From a virus (taxonomy: Duplodnaviria; Heunggongvirae; Uroviricota; Caudoviricetes), in IMG/VR virus record IMGVR_UViG_3300021426_000080, positions 27,744 through 91,743 of that record: DNA of 64,000 nucleotides; one strand, written 5' to 3'. The translations under genes and the position numbers were made by a program. The notes beneath the pieces were generated by a model. It saw only the letters and a list, made by a program, of their open reading frames with translations. It made no database searches and was not told the origin of the DNA. Below, in pieces: positions 43,118 through 52,837 of this stretch (the first letter of the stretch is position 1; each line of letters opens with the position of its first letter).

Positions 43118-44160
43118 GTTTCGCATACGATCAGTATCTGGCCGAACATATCGGAAATGTAAATGAAGGTCTTCACTGGATGCTGGATAATCTTGGTCTC
43201 GGTCAGGAAGAAAAGAGTGCCATTGAAGAAGCCATGACGAGTTTCAATCACGATGAGAGTAAATACTCTGTCGAAGAATATGATGCTTACGACAAGTATT
43301 TCTATGGCGGGAATCGCAGTTACAAGGTCGTACGAGACTTTAATTATGCCTGGCTACATCACATTCACAATAATCCGCACCATTGGCAGTACTGGGTGCT
43401 TCTTGAAGATGATCCTGAGAGCGGAATGCCGTATAAAGCACTTGAGATTCCAGTGCATGTGATATTTGAAATGATTGCCGACTGGTGGTCATTCAGCTGG
43501 AAGTCTGGGAATCTCTTTGAGATATTTAACTGGTACGCCGATCACAGGAGTAAGCAAATTATTAATCCGAAGAGCAGAGAGATCGTTGAATATATTTTAG
43601 ATCGGATCTGGAAAGTACTCATCATGCAGGAAACTGTCGCAGGGCATGATATTTCGGAGATTGAAAAGCAGTATAAGCGGTTCTGGGTAGAACAGGAAGA
43701 TATTCGACCGGCATTTAGTAAACTTGAATACAATCCAAAAGATGAAGATAGCTATCGCGAAGCTGCCGACAATGCTGCAGTCACGGTGCATGGCAATGAT
43801 GTAGAATTTTATGGACTTCGGCACTCGGACGAGGAAGATGCTCTCATTCATAATCCGACAATAAGCGAACGTAAGGCATTCTGGGGAAAAGACAAGCCTC
43901 CTGTGCCGACAATAGAACACTCCGAATCCGAAGACGATGAAGACCTCTATGGCGTTCCGGAGCTCAAGAAATTCCCTATGCCTGACAAGAAGCACGTGAA
44001 GTCGGCTATCAGATTCTTTAACTATGTCGATCCGAAGTACGAGAAGGAGCTGGCGGAAACGATCATCGAGAAGGCTGAGGAGTTCGGGCTGGATCTGAAG
44101 AGTGATATTTCAGTCGGAGATGAAAACAGATTTCAAAAGTATTTGAAGGAGGATAATTAA
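43114..44160 (+). CDS. hypothetical protein (348 aa) with His-rich HHIHNNPHHWQYW motif
   Basis: RBS AAGGAGGAAAACAA. No assignable family. Confidence 0.45.
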   Translation: MSFAYDQYLAEHIGNVNEGLHWMLDNLGLGQEEKSAIEEAMTSFNHDESKYSVEEYDAYDKYFYGGNRSYKVVRDFNYAWLHHIHNNPHHWQYWVLLEDDPESGMPYKALEIPVHVIFEMIADWWSFSWKSGNLFEIFNWYADHRSKQIINPKSREIVEYILDRIWKVLIMQETVAGHDISEIEKQYKRFWVEQEDIRPAFSKLEYNPKDEDSYREAADNAAVTVHGNDVEFYGLRHSDEEDALIHNPTISERKAFWGKDKPPVPTIEHSESEDDEDLYGVPELKKFPMPDKKHVKSAIRFFNYVDPKYEKELAETIIEKAEEFGLDLKSDISVGDENRFQKYLKEDN

Positions 44161-44723
44161 TGCATTATTGTTGTGTTATTTTTTCAAAAGAATTTCCATC
44201 TGATGATGTTATAAGTAAGACGTTAAGTCCATTTTGTGAAGAAAATGAATCAAGACCATGCAAATATCCTGCATTCTTATGGGACTGGTATGGACTCGGT
44301 GGGAGATATAACGGGCTGCTTAAACTGTCTACCAAAAAGAATTCAGATAAATACGAATGGAATTACTATATCGCTAATCCTAGAGCTGGTAGGTTATTTC
44401 GTTCATATCTTCTTGAAGAATTAATAGCGAGCAATGTTGAATGTAATCTTTGTAGTTTTGTAGGTGTAGAAGAAACCTTTTTTCCATCTCTTGGTTTTAG
44501 AGATGGATTTCTTTATGTTGATGGCGCAAAGATTTCAGATATCATTAATGTCGACGATCTGATTAACTGTTATTGTTTTATTGATATAGATGGCAATGGC
44601 TATGCTCGCGAACATTGGGATGGTAAACATTTGACAAAAAATGAAAATTTTGATGAACTTATTAAAAGCGCGATTACAAATAGTCAAGATTACTATGCTT
44701 GTATTGTAGATCTTCATGACTAG
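44160..44723 (+). CDS. hypothetical protein (187 aa), AT-rich gene
   Basis: Track ORF. Codon usage is visibly more AT-rich than its neighbours. Confidence 0.4.
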   Translation: MHYCCVIFSKEFPSDDVISKTLSPFCEENESRPCKYPAFLWDWYGLGGRYNGLLKLSTKKNSDKYEWNYYIANPRAGRLFRSYLLEELIASNVECNLCSFVGVEETFFPSLGFRDGFLYVDGAKISDIINVDDLINCYCFIDIDGNGYAREHWDGKHLTKNENFDELIKSAITNSQDYYACIVDLHD

Positions 44724-44782
44724 ATAAAAAGAAGGAAGAATCGTAATTTATACAGGCTCCTTAATAGAAAGGGGAGTGTAAT

Positions 44783-45085
44783 ATGGCTTCTTATCAAGAC
44801 AAAATTAATCAAAAACGTATGTCTACAGAAAGTGGAAAAATAGCGTGGTGTATAGACTTTATGCAGCATCCGCCGTTGAATTTCAACAATGACTATTATA
44901 AGGAATTGATAGACGGAATAGATTTATTCGATGATATTTCCGTATTTGAGGACGTATATGTCTATGTGGTTTGGCGGCCCGTGCATTATAAAGGTAATCG
45001 CTATTTGTATAAATACTTGCAGATAGGCATGTCATATGATCAAATGGTCAAGATGCTAGATGCTCAACCTTGGCAATACATATAG
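44783..45085 (+). CDS. hypothetical protein (100 aa)
   Basis: RBS AAAGGGGAGTG. Confidence 0.4.
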   Translation: MASYQDKINQKRMSTESGKIAWCIDFMQHPPLNFNNDYYKELIDGIDLFDDISVFEDVYVYVVWRPVHYKGNRYLYKYLQIGMSYDQMVKMLDAQPWQYI

Positions 45086-45150
45086 AGGATCATTACAGGT
45101 CCTCTAATTTTCGCAAGTTTTACAACTCCTTTTATGAAGGAGGCGATGTT

Positions 45151-45387
45151 ATGTGCTTAACAAAGTATAAACTAATCGATAAAGACGACATAATCGCAGA
45201 AGATTTAATTTCAAAAGTTTATAATATTAATCATTTATTACCATTGTTTGTTAGAGAAACAAACGACAAGGCGCATTTTATGATTATTATAAAAGCACTT
45301 TGGAAGAATTCTTTAAAATATAAAGAAATAAATCGATTAGGGTTTAAAGACTTAACATCAGAGGTTATCAGAGAACACTTAGCGTAA
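45151..45387 (+). CDS. hypothetical protein (78 aa)
   Basis: RBS GAAGGAGG 8 nt upstream of ATG 45151. Confidence 0.4.
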   Translation: MCLTKYKLIDKDDIIAEDLISKVYNINHLLPLFVRETNDKAHFMIIIKALWKNSLKYKEINRLGFKDLTSEVIREHLA

Positions 45388-45423
45388 AAGTTAAGTGTTC
45401 TTCTTTTTTATGGAGGATTCAGA

Positions 45424-45648
45424 ATGTTTGATAATGATGATACCTGGCTTATACTTTTTCTTCTATTATATTCAGCGCAAGAACAAGGTAAAGAAATAAG
45501 TTTCATCGACCTCGAACAAAAGAAGGCAGATGCTGAATATGTAAACAATTGTCCAAATGTCGAGTGGGAGCAGGATATGCACGCCGATATTCCGTTCTGT
45601 ACACTTGACGGCGAAATGTGCAATATGCAGTGTAAAAATCGCAAATAA
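45424..45648 (+). CDS. small Cys-rich protein with N-terminal hydrophobic segment (74 aa)
   Basis: RBS ATGGAGGATTCAGA. Confidence 0.4.
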   Translation: MFDNDDTWLILFLLLYSAQEQGKEISFIDLEQKKADAEYVNNCPNVEWEQDMHADIPFCTLDGEMCNMQCKNRK

Positions 45649-45708
45649 TACAACTCTTATAATGCAGAGAAATCTGACATTATACACTATATTTAAAGGA
45701 GAAAAACT

Positions 45709-45882
45709 ATGAAACACAACATGACAAAGGAAGAGAAACTGAAAGTTCTCAGTAATGTTTCAACAGGAATCGATGGTATTGAGGAGAAACTCAGACATAA
45801 TATTGGCGATGAAGACACAACATTTTTCATTGAGCCGATCCGAAATCTTCTCTATACCATGGAGGAATGTCTGAAATCGTAA
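45709..45882 (+). CDS. small hypothetical protein (57 aa)
   Basis: RBS AAAGGAGAAAAACT. Confidence 0.35.
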   Translation: MKHNMTKEEKLKVLSNVSTGIDGIEEKLRHNIGDEDTTFFIEPIRNLLYTMEECLKS

Positions 45883-45889
45883 CTATATA

Positions 45890-45920
45890 GAAGAGAAGCT
45901 GTTGCACTTCTCTTCCTTTT
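45890..45920 (+). terminator. rho-independent terminator
   Basis: GAAGAGAAG-CTGTTGCA-CTTCTCTTC followed by CTTTT. Confidence 0.6.
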
Positions 45921-45962
45921 CACGCGGACCTTTCGGTTTACTTTTTCTCAAGGAGATCACTT

Positions 45963-46169
45963 ATGAACCTTACAAAAGTCTATATTTACTCTAACATGAC
46001 TGCGCAGAGGGCTCAGGATAAGGTCAATGAGCTAATCGAAGAGTACCGTGAGACCGACAGCACTGTAAACTTCGACCTTCAGATTGAAAACTCTATTGCG
46101 GCAGGGAAATACAGTGAGACTAGATACACATTGGTTGTTTATATTTATAGTTTAGTTATGGAGGGATGA
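45963..46169 (+). CDS. hypothetical protein (68 aa)
   Basis: RBS CAAGGAGATCAC. Confidence 0.4.
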   Translation: MNLTKVYIYSNMTAQRAQDKVNELIEEYRETDSTVNFDLQIENSIAAGKYSETRYTLVVYIYSLVMEG

Positions 46170-46176
46170 TACACGA

Positions 46177-46584
46177 ATGGAAATTAATGCGGAAATCAAT
46201 AAAATTTTCGGTACGGAAATGGAAAAACTCTTTGCTGAGCAGATTTCGGAGGAAGAATTAAGAGATTCTGCGATTAAGTCGTATAATAAATTAAGACACT
46301 CTGGTAGAAGCTCGTCATATTGTGGAAATTACGACAGCGATTTCGATAAGTATTTAAGAGCTGCTATTTTAGATCGCTTTAAAGAGGAAGTAAATAAATA
46401 TCTTCAAACCGAGCAGATTCAGATTGATATTCAGAAGGAAGCGGAAAAACTCGTTAATGACGTTCGAGAAAAGGCAAGGGAGAAAATTCTTGAAAGAGCG
46501 TCGAATACGCTGGTTGAAATCTATACCGGTAGCACACTAACTGAGTCAATTATTATGTTAACAGATGAACTGAGGAGCAGATAA
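46177..46584 (+). CDS. hypothetical protein (135 aa)
   Basis: RBS ATGGAGGGATGA. Confidence 0.45.
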   Translation: MEINAEINKIFGTEMEKLFAEQISEEELRDSAIKSYNKLRHSGRSSSYCGNYDSDFDKYLRAAILDRFKEEVNKYLQTEQIQIDIQKEAEKLVNDVREKAREKILERASNTLVEIYTGSTLTESIIMLTDELRSR

Positions 46585-46818
46585 ATGCAGATTGTTAAAA
46601 ACTTTATTTATGGGCGAGATTGGAGTGGCTATACAAATGCTACGCCGCTGGAAGATCAGATCAATGAATACCTGGAGTATCATCCTGGGTATTCGGTTGC
46701 GACAATGAGTTTGCTCAATGCTTCTGGTTATAAGGAAGCTCTTGTCGTATTCAATGTTCGGGAAGAACGTTATCAGAAACCGGTTGAACAGAATAAGAAA
46801 GTGAAGAACAATGGCTGA
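46585..46818 (+). CDS. hypothetical protein (77 aa)
   Basis: Overlapping start. Confidence 0.4.
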   Translation: MQIVKNFIYGRDWSGYTNATPLEDQINEYLEYHPGYSVATMSLLNASGYKEALVVFNVREERYQKPVEQNKKVKNNG

Positions 46819-46969
46819 AAATACATTTATTCTACTTATTATTGTGGCGCTGATCCTTTCGGTGCTTTGGAAACTTTGATATTCGCAAATTAAACATGGT
46901 TTATAGAGGAGAGAGGTCTCGGTAAGTTACCGGGGCTTCTCTTTTATATTTTAAAAGGAGGATTGCCTT

Positions 46970-47209
46970 ATGATGACCGGACCGCAGAGATGGAAGCATG
47001 GCGATTGGATGCTGAAGGCAAAGATCGAAGCAAAAGAGAAGCAGAGAAGGAAAAAGAGAGATCCGATGCCGACTGATATTTTCAAGTATGATGTGAAAAT
47101 GCGGAATGAGGATTTTGTCGGATACAATCGCAATAATGGGCGCGTGATATTTGAAGCCGAAAGTTACGACGAGGCAAGAAGAGTCCTCGAGGAATTGTAT
47201 TCTGCCTAA
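46970..47209 (+). CDS. hypothetical protein (79 aa)
   Basis: RBS AAAAGGAGGATTGCC. Confidence 0.45.
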   Translation: MMTGPQRWKHGDWMLKAKIEAKEKQRRKKRDPMPTDIFKYDVKMRNEDFVGYNRNNGRVIFEAESYDEARRVLEELYSA

Positions 47210-47263
47210 AAATGTGATATTTTAAAGAAACCAAACGAAAGAAAGGATTAATGGAAACGGAGA

Positions 47264-47527
47264 ATGGAAACCAGGTATATTATTGGATTGATCGTATGTA
47301 TTATCGTATCCATCGCACTTGGATATTTGATCGGCAAAAACAGCAAGAAACCTCTAGGAGATATCGTGTTCGAGACGTATATAGATGACGAAACCGATCA
47401 GATGGCTGTTCGATGCACGTTCAAGCTTGATTTGGACATCGACGAAATCGTGAAAAAAGATTATATTCTATTCGGCGTTAAGAAGAATCGAGACGTTATA
47501 GAGTACTATAAAGCTCAGGAAAAATAG
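47264..47527 (+). CDS. small membrane protein (87 aa)
   Basis: N-terminal TM IIGLIVCIIVSIALGYLIG. Confidence 0.4.
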   Translation: METRYIIGLIVCIIVSIALGYLIGKNSKKPLGDIVFETYIDDETDQMAVRCTFKLDLDIDEIVKKDYILFGVKKNRDVIEYYKAQEK

Positions 47528-47529
47528 AA

Positions 47530-47555
47530 TTCGCAAAATAAACAATCCCTATAAT
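47530..47555 (+). promoter_or_regulatory. phage promoter motif TTCGCAA-N13-TATAAT
   Basis: TTCGCAAAATAAACAATCCCTATAATGGAG. Confidence 0.55.
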
Positions 47556-47598
47556 GGAGCAGAATAACTGCAAATATTAATGAAAAGGGGATTGTAAA

Positions 47599-47841
47599 AT
47601 GTCTGAAATCATCATTGATAATCGTTGCGGTGGAATCGTGAAGCAGGTTCGTCTGCAGCTTAACTGCACTCAAGCGGAACTTGGTAAGAAGATTGGAGTC
47701 GATCAGCCTACCATGTGCCGGATTGAGCGCAGGCAGCAGATGCCGACTGAGCCTGTACTTCAGAAGATCGCCAATCTTGCGGGACTCAATATGAACCAGA
47801 TGACGGGTCAGGAACCTATCAACTACGCAGCTATCTGGTAA
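47599..47841 (+). CDS. XRE/Cro-type HTH regulator (80 aa), monocistronic
   Basis: RBS AAAAGGGGATTG. HTH LNCTQAELGKKIGVDQPTMCRIERRQQMP. Confidence 0.55.
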   Translation: MSEIIIDNRCGGIVKQVRLQLNCTQAELGKKIGVDQPTMCRIERRQQMPTEPVLQKIANLAGLNMNQMTGQEPINYAAIW

Positions 47842-47935
47842 TAAAGCGAAGGGCTTTGATCAAATTGATCAGGGCTCTTCTCTTTTTCTATATAGTAGTT
47901 CGATTAGTGGAGTGAATGGATATTTGAAAGGAGAA

Positions 47936-48076
47936 ATGAAAATGAAGTTTTGGCGTGTTTTGGATAAGCTTACTGAATTCTATATTCCCATCATGGTTAG
48001 TGTTATGGCGTTTTATATTAATTCGGAATACAGAGATCTCAAAGAGAACATTGATTACATTCGTAAGCATGTCTGA
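47936..48076 (+). CDS. small membrane protein (46 aa)
   Basis: RBS GAAAGGAGAA. Possible start at 47942. Confidence 0.35.
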   Translation: MKMKFWRVLDKLTEFYIPIMVSVMAFYINSEYRDLKENIDYIRKHV

Positions 48077-48097
48077 TATTTGAAAGGAGAAATAAAA

Positions 48098-48295
48098 ATG
48101 GTCGAATTCAGCGAACGTGAAAGACGTGCCTGTAGACTTCTGAGCCATCTTAAGTATGATCGTGACACAGATGTGTACACTAAGTGCTGGTTCAATAATA
48201 TGCTCTGTAATATTTCTTATTATATTTTGAAGGTCAATCCGGACAATCTATTCAAGAAGGTTTCGCAGTATGCTAAAGAAAAGGGGAACACCTGA
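48098..48295 (+). CDS. hypothetical protein (65 aa)
   Basis: Leader TGATATTTGAAAGGAGAAATAAAA then ATG. Confidence 0.4.
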   Translation: MVEFSERERRACRLLSHLKYDRDTDVYTKCWFNNMLCNISYYILKVNPDNLFKKVSQYAKEKGNT

Positions 48296-48591
48296 TGGTT
48301 TTAACGTTTATAGATAATTTCCGTTTTAAAGGCGGCGCGAAAGAATGCTCTGATTATAGAGCACTTCTAAATAGAACCGTAAGCTACCTTAATGAATTAC
48401 TTTACGCAAGAGGATACGTTACCGTAAGAGACCTAAACGATCAGTTAGGAAGAAAAAGCGCGTTTGATTCGGATGATTCTCTGTATGGATGGGAAGTACA
48501 GGATGGTCCTATCGAACTCAAGATGCTTCACGACGGAAAATTCAAATTGCATTATCAATTTGAAGCCAAAATTTTGACCTGCATGCTTTGA
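48295..48591 (+). CDS. hypothetical protein (98 aa)
   Basis: ATG overlaps the upstream stop. Confidence 0.4.
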   Translation: MVLTFIDNFRFKGGAKECSDYRALLNRTVSYLNELLYARGYVTVRDLNDQLGRKSAFDSDDSLYGWEVQDGPIELKMLHDGKFKLHYQFEAKILTCML

Positions 48592-48612
48592 TATTTGAAA
48601 GGAGAAATGAAA

Positions 48613-49056
48613 ATGATTAATGCAAACGTAATCACAAAGTTCGGAAAGATGGTTGTTAAAGTCGGCCTTGCTATTGGATCGGTTTATATTCTGTCAAAGG
48701 CGAATGATGAACTCGGAAAATTTGGTTTGAATATTGGGTGCTCGGTTGGAAACGGAATTGATATTCGTCCTGGAGACATTCCGAAGTACAACACTAGGTC
48801 GGTAGAGTTCAATGCAAACAGTGTCACTGAGCGGTCAATTGCTGAGCTGCTTCATGCTTCGTGGAAGACATATTCTACAAACTCGAAGCTCGAATGCGCC
48901 AAGCGTATCTACAACATCGCATTGTCCGGAGATGATAGGACGAAACTGGTTGCGATCCAGGCTCTTGGCCGTATTGCAGACGACTCATATTCTGCTCAGC
49001 TGAAGAATTATGTAAGCAAGGCTATTACTGAGCTTGCAATCGGCAATGACGTTTGA
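48613..49056 (+). CDS. membrane-anchored protein with HEAT-like repeats (147 aa)
   Basis: Leader TTGATATTTGAAAGGAGAAATGAAA then ATG. TM KVGLAIGSVYIL. HEAT-like KLVAIQALGRIADDSYSAQL. Confidence 0.4.
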   Translation: MINANVITKFGKMVVKVGLAIGSVYILSKANDELGKFGLNIGCSVGNGIDIRPGDIPKYNTRSVEFNANSVTERSIAELLHASWKTYSTNSKLECAKRIYNIALSGDDRTKLVAIQALGRIADDSYSAQLKNYVSKAITELAIGNDV

Positions 49057-49069
49057 AAGGAGAATGTAA

Positions 49070-49348
49070 ATGATTATGCGATGGATTTCACGAAAGAATA
49101 AAAGTGAACCAATTTCGGATGATGTTGAGTTCGTAGAAACATTCGGTGGCTGTGTTGGACGAATTGCTTCCGACGATCATCCAAACCATAAACGAATAGC
49201 AATGTACTTTAGAGATGCCTATGATAACGAATCTCCCGTTTATATTTTAAGTCCCAGAGCTGCACGATTCGCTGGATGGCAGCTGTTTAGAAGAGGCGTA
49301 GTTGACGGACTTAAACTTCGACTCGATTATATTAAATACCATAAGTAA
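49070..49348 (+). CDS. hypothetical protein (92 aa)
   Basis: RBS GAAAGGAGAATG. Confidence 0.4.
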   Translation: MIMRWISRKNKSEPISDDVEFVETFGGCVGRIASDDHPNHKRIAMYFRDAYDNESPVYILSPRAARFAGWQLFRRGVVDGLKLRLDYIKYHK

Positions 49349-49368
49349 TAATTTAAAGGAGAATGGAA

Positions 49369-49512
49369 ATGAAAATGATTATTGTTCTTGATAAGATCTG
49401 CCTGCTTGGCATTGTTGGTGTTTCTCTGTATGCTGGATACAAGCTTGGACGGAAAGCTGAGAAACTTGAGCAGAGTCTCAAGCCGAACAAAACCAATTTC
49501 AACAATGATTAA
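49369..49512 (+). CDS. small membrane protein (47 aa)
   Basis: RBS AAAGGAGAATGGAA. TM IIVLDKICLLGIVGVSLYAGY. Confidence 0.35.
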   Translation: MKMIIVLDKICLLGIVGVSLYAGYKLGRKAEKLEQSLKPNKTNFNND

Positions 49513-49528
49513 TTTGGAGGTTTAAATT

Positions 49529-49819
49529 ATGTGTGATTTCTGCAAGAATATTGTTAACAACGATGGAAAATGGAAAAACTCCCTTTTGGCTTCAAGGCAT
49601 TCAAATGATAAGAACCACGGTCTTGACATCATTCTTGGAAAGACGGATGGCAAATTCAAAATTGAAGATGCTAAATTTGTTCGTGATAAATCGATCGATG
49701 CGCCGATTACATATTTGAAAGCCTTTAATTGGCGAAAAGGATCCGATTCAGTAAAGCCTGCGGCATGGACGACAGCCATGGAGATTCATTATTGCCCAAT
49801 TTGTGGCGAAAAACTTTGA
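49529..49819 (+). CDS. zinc-ribbon protein (96 aa)
   Basis: RBS TTGGAGGTTTAAATT. CDFCKN...CPICGEK. Confidence 0.45.
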   Translation: MCDFCKNIVNNDGKWKNSLLASRHSNDKNHGLDIILGKTDGKFKIEDAKFVRDKSIDAPITYLKAFNWRKGSDSVKPAAWTTAMEIHYCPICGEKL

Positions 49820-49851
49820 TATTTTGAACTCTTGAAAGGAGAACTGAAAAC

Positions 49852-50874
49852 ATGAAAGGTACTACTATCGCATTCGCAGCACTCGGACTTATTGATATTG
49901 GTATGATCGTTCTCGATCGTGCCGCAAATCGTCATGGCAGAAAGCTCGCTGAAGCTGAGGCAATCAAGAATCGCGGCGAAGAGGCCAATGCTGTTCTAGA
50001 GGAAGTTAAGAAGCGCTGCGATGCCTATGATGAGCTAATCAAGCGTGAGAAGGTGGAATTCAAGCAGAAGAGAGCTGATTGGCTCGAAGCAAATGCGTTC
50101 AACGCCAAGAAGAAAGATATTCTTGATGGCGTTCCGAATGGTCTCAACGAATTCAAGAAACAGATTGGATATTCTGATGTAATTCAGAGACTTACGGACG
50201 AATACAATGCCGGTGTCGAAGCCGTCAAGAACTCCATTGACTATGACGTAAACAAGAAGAAGTTTGAGAAAGCTATCGCCGATGCCAAGAGCCATTATGA
50301 CAGTCAGAAGGCGCTGTATGACTGTGCCGGCTCTGATATTTCTGATGATGCTATGAAGCTCAGACATGCTGCAGAAGAGGCCATGAATGCCAAGATCAAA
50401 GAGGCTAAGGCAAACCTTGATATTCTTGAGGGCAAGCTTAACGCTGAAGTCGAGAAGCTTACTCAGGTAAAGCAGAATGGCATTCGTGAACTCGAGGAGA
50501 AGATCGCGAAGGAGAAGATTCGTCTGGATCACAAGGCTGACCAGGAGCTCGAGGCACTGAACACAAAGCTCTCTGAAGCAGAACAGGATATTAACAATGC
50601 CATCCTGAATAAGCGGACCGGCGCGGATGCTGAAGCGGAGATTAATCACGCCGATGATATTCGTATCATCCGTGAGCAGAAGAAAGTTGATGCCAAGGCT
50701 GCGGAAGATATTTTCAATGCAAAGCCTGAGACCGTCAAGATTGCAGAATTCCTGAAGGGCCACAAGGTTCCGAAAGTGGTTGTGCCCATGTTCGGTGTTG
50801 TTAGCATGGCGCCTGTTGGATATTTGTCCTATCGCTGGCTCAAGTTCCTTGGGCAGATCATGAGGGCGATGTAA
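49852..50874 (+). CDS. membrane protein with long coiled coil and N- and C-terminal TM helices (340 aa)
   Basis: Leader TTGATATTTTGAACTCTTGAAAGGAGAACTGAAAAC then ATG. N-terminal TM IAFAALGLIDIGMIVL. C-terminal VVPMFGVVSMAPVGYL. Confidence 0.5.
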   Translation: MKGTTIAFAALGLIDIGMIVLDRAANRHGRKLAEAEAIKNRGEEANAVLEEVKKRCDAYDELIKREKVEFKQKRADWLEANAFNAKKKDILDGVPNGLNEFKKQIGYSDVIQRLTDEYNAGVEAVKNSIDYDVNKKKFEKAIADAKSHYDSQKALYDCAGSDISDDAMKLRHAAEEAMNAKIKEAKANLDILEGKLNAEVEKLTQVKQNGIRELEEKIAKEKIRLDHKADQELEALNTKLSEAEQDINNAILNKRTGADAEAEINHADDIRIIREQKKVDAKAAEDIFNAKPETVKIAEFLKGHKVPKVVVPMFGVVSMAPVGYLSYRWLKFLGQIMRAM

Positions 50875-51608
50875 TGAATCCAAAACTGATATTTACGGCA
50901 GCCAAGAAGAATCTTCCATCGATTCTTAGCTGGACTGCTGTAGGTGGCGTTGTTCTGACCGGGTGGCTTACCGATAAAGCTGCCCGGAAGTCAGATCCAA
51001 AGGAACCTTTTAAGAAGCACTGGAAGAATTATATTCCTCCGATCATTGCCGGCGTAGGCACAATCGCATGCGTCGTCGGTTCAAACTGTGCACATTTGAA
51101 GGTTGAAGCAGGACTTGCCGGAGCTGTAGCGTTTTATAAGGCAGCCAAAGAAGACCTTGAAATGGCCGTTTCTGAAGTATATGGAGAAGAAGGCCTTGGA
51201 CAAGTGAAGAAAGCAGCAAATGATATTAATCCTGATCTTTCGGCTATGTATCATGATGCGCCAAGAAGCATTCGCATGTTCGAGCCGTATACGAGCCAGT
51301 GGTTTTACACAACTCCTGAAGAACTTCTCTGGGCTGAGCTTACTGCAAACAAGATGCTGTCTCAAAGAGGCACTGTAAAGCTCAATGATATTTTGAAGCT
51401 TTATAAGAATTGCAAGCCAAAGCCAATTGGAGAAACTCTTGGCTGGAGCTGGGAAGATGAAATGTTTAATGAATCGGCCAGCTGGTACTGTAATGGCGGA
51501 TGGATTGATATTTGTCCTCAGTACGAGGAACGAAACGGAAAACGATGCTACGTTCTGGATTACGGAATCAATCCGATTGATATTTCGCAAATTTTACAAG
51601 GTGTTTAG
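50874..51608 (+). CDS. membrane protein, member of three-gene paralog family (with 51985 and 54645)
   Basis: Two TM helices then a C-terminal domain RGTVKLNDILKLYKN...LGWSWEDE. Compare DGYLSVNDWFCELN...LCWTAES and RGHVFLNEILDAIG...LGWCMGLGDD. Confidence 0.5.
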   Translation: MNPKLIFTAAKKNLPSILSWTAVGGVVLTGWLTDKAARKSDPKEPFKKHWKNYIPPIIAGVGTIACVVGSNCAHLKVEAGLAGAVAFYKAAKEDLEMAVSEVYGEEGLGQVKKAANDINPDLSAMYHDAPRSIRMFEPYTSQWFYTTPEELLWAELTANKMLSQRGTVKLNDILKLYKNCKPKPIGETLGWSWEDEMFNESASWYCNGGWIDICPQYEERNGKRCYVLDYGINPIDISQILQGV

Positions 51609-51716
51609 TAGAGAGATTAGTGACGCATTCACTGATATTTGGTGAGTTCCCGATAAAGCCGGGTTACATCTCTCTTAATTTTTGTGTGCTCGAAATGAGC
51701 AGAAAGGAGAATGGAA

Positions 51717-51860
51717 ATGAAAAACTTGACGTGTGGGATGTTGTTGATCTGTGGAGCGTGTCTGCTGATCGAGCTGCAGATGCTTGGAACTGATCTTCAG
51801 ATTCGAAAGCTGGAGAATAGGATTAATGAAATGACTCAGACAAAGGAGGATGCGGAATGA
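51717..51860 (+). CDS. small membrane protein (47 aa)
   Basis: RBS GAAAGGAGAATGGAA. TM LTCGMLLICGACLLI. Confidence 0.35.
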   Translation: MKNLTCGMLLICGACLLIELQMLGTDLQIRKLENRINEMTQTKEDAE

Positions 51861-51988
51861 AAGTACTTTGTGGAGCGGTTGGCGTATCAATTATATTTGC
51901 AACTGGATTCGTAGCAGGTGTCATTGCTGGTATTGCCATCGCTATGACTCCGGACGCGAAAGATTCGGTATCGGAGGATAAGCAATGA
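51857..51988 (+). CDS. small membrane protein (43 aa)
   Basis: RBS AAGGAGGATGCGGA. TM VGVSIIFATGFVAGVIAGIAIAM. Confidence 0.35.
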   Translation: MKVLCGAVGVSIIFATGFVAGVIAGIAIAMTPDAKDSVSEDKQ

Positions 51989-52797
51989 ATTTCTCAACAA
52001 TCGTAAAAGGATGTAAGATGGCCGTAAAATACAGCGGAAAGCAAATCGTGAAACACGCGCCTGGAATCTTGTGCGGATTTGGTACAGGAGGTGTCGGTTT
52101 TGCTCTCTGGCTTATGGCAAAGAAAGCTCCGGAAGCCAAGAAGGAACTCGATGCCGAAAAGGCCCAATGGGAAGCGACTGAAGATAAGGAGAAGCGAAAT
52201 AAAGCCGATTATATTTTTAAGCTTGTTCGCATTGGCGCAAAGCATTATTGGGTCGTGATCTCAGTTGCTACAGGAGCTATTGTGTGTTTCTGGCTCGCGA
52301 ATCGAATTAATTTCAAGCGGCTCATGTCTGCGTTGACAGCACTTGGAATCAGCACCAAGGGCAAGGAGGAGCTCGAGGAGAAGATCAAAGAACTGGACGG
52401 AGAGAAGCATCTGCAGAAAATTAAGGATGAGATCGATGCCGATAGAATCAAGAATGATCCTCCGGTCCAAGATAAGATTATTGATACAGGACTCGGAACG
52501 CATCTTTGCTATGAGGCAATCACCGGAAGATATTTCTATTCAAACATTGAGCGAATTAAACGGGCGGTTATTACGTGTCGAGACTATCTTCAAAAAGATG
52601 GATATTTGTCAGTGAATGACTGGTTCTGTGAATTAAATCTCGATACAACTGATTTGCAGCTCTGTTGGACGGCAGAGAGTATTGATGAAGTCAATGAGTT
52701 TGATATTGAGACGAGTTCTCAGCTTACTCCTGAAGGTGTTCCGGTCTTGGTAATCAGATACACGACGAACCCGACCATGGAGCGACGAGACTGGTAA
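51985..52797 (+). CDS. membrane protein, paralog family member
   Basis: See 50874..51608. Confidence 0.5.
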   Translation: MNFSTIVKGCKMAVKYSGKQIVKHAPGILCGFGTGGVGFALWLMAKKAPEAKKELDAEKAQWEATEDKEKRNKADYIFKLVRIGAKHYWVVISVATGAIVCFWLANRINFKRLMSALTALGISTKGKEELEEKIKELDGEKHLQKIKDEIDADRIKNDPPVQDKIIDTGLGTHLCYEAITGRYFYSNIERIKRAVITCRDYLQKDGYLSVNDWFCELNLDTTDLQLCWTAESIDEVNEFDIETSSQLTPEGVPVLVIRYTTNPTMERRDW

Positions 52798-52837
52798 CTG
52801 ATTGATATTCCAATAGGGGCTGTACGAGTATGCATAA

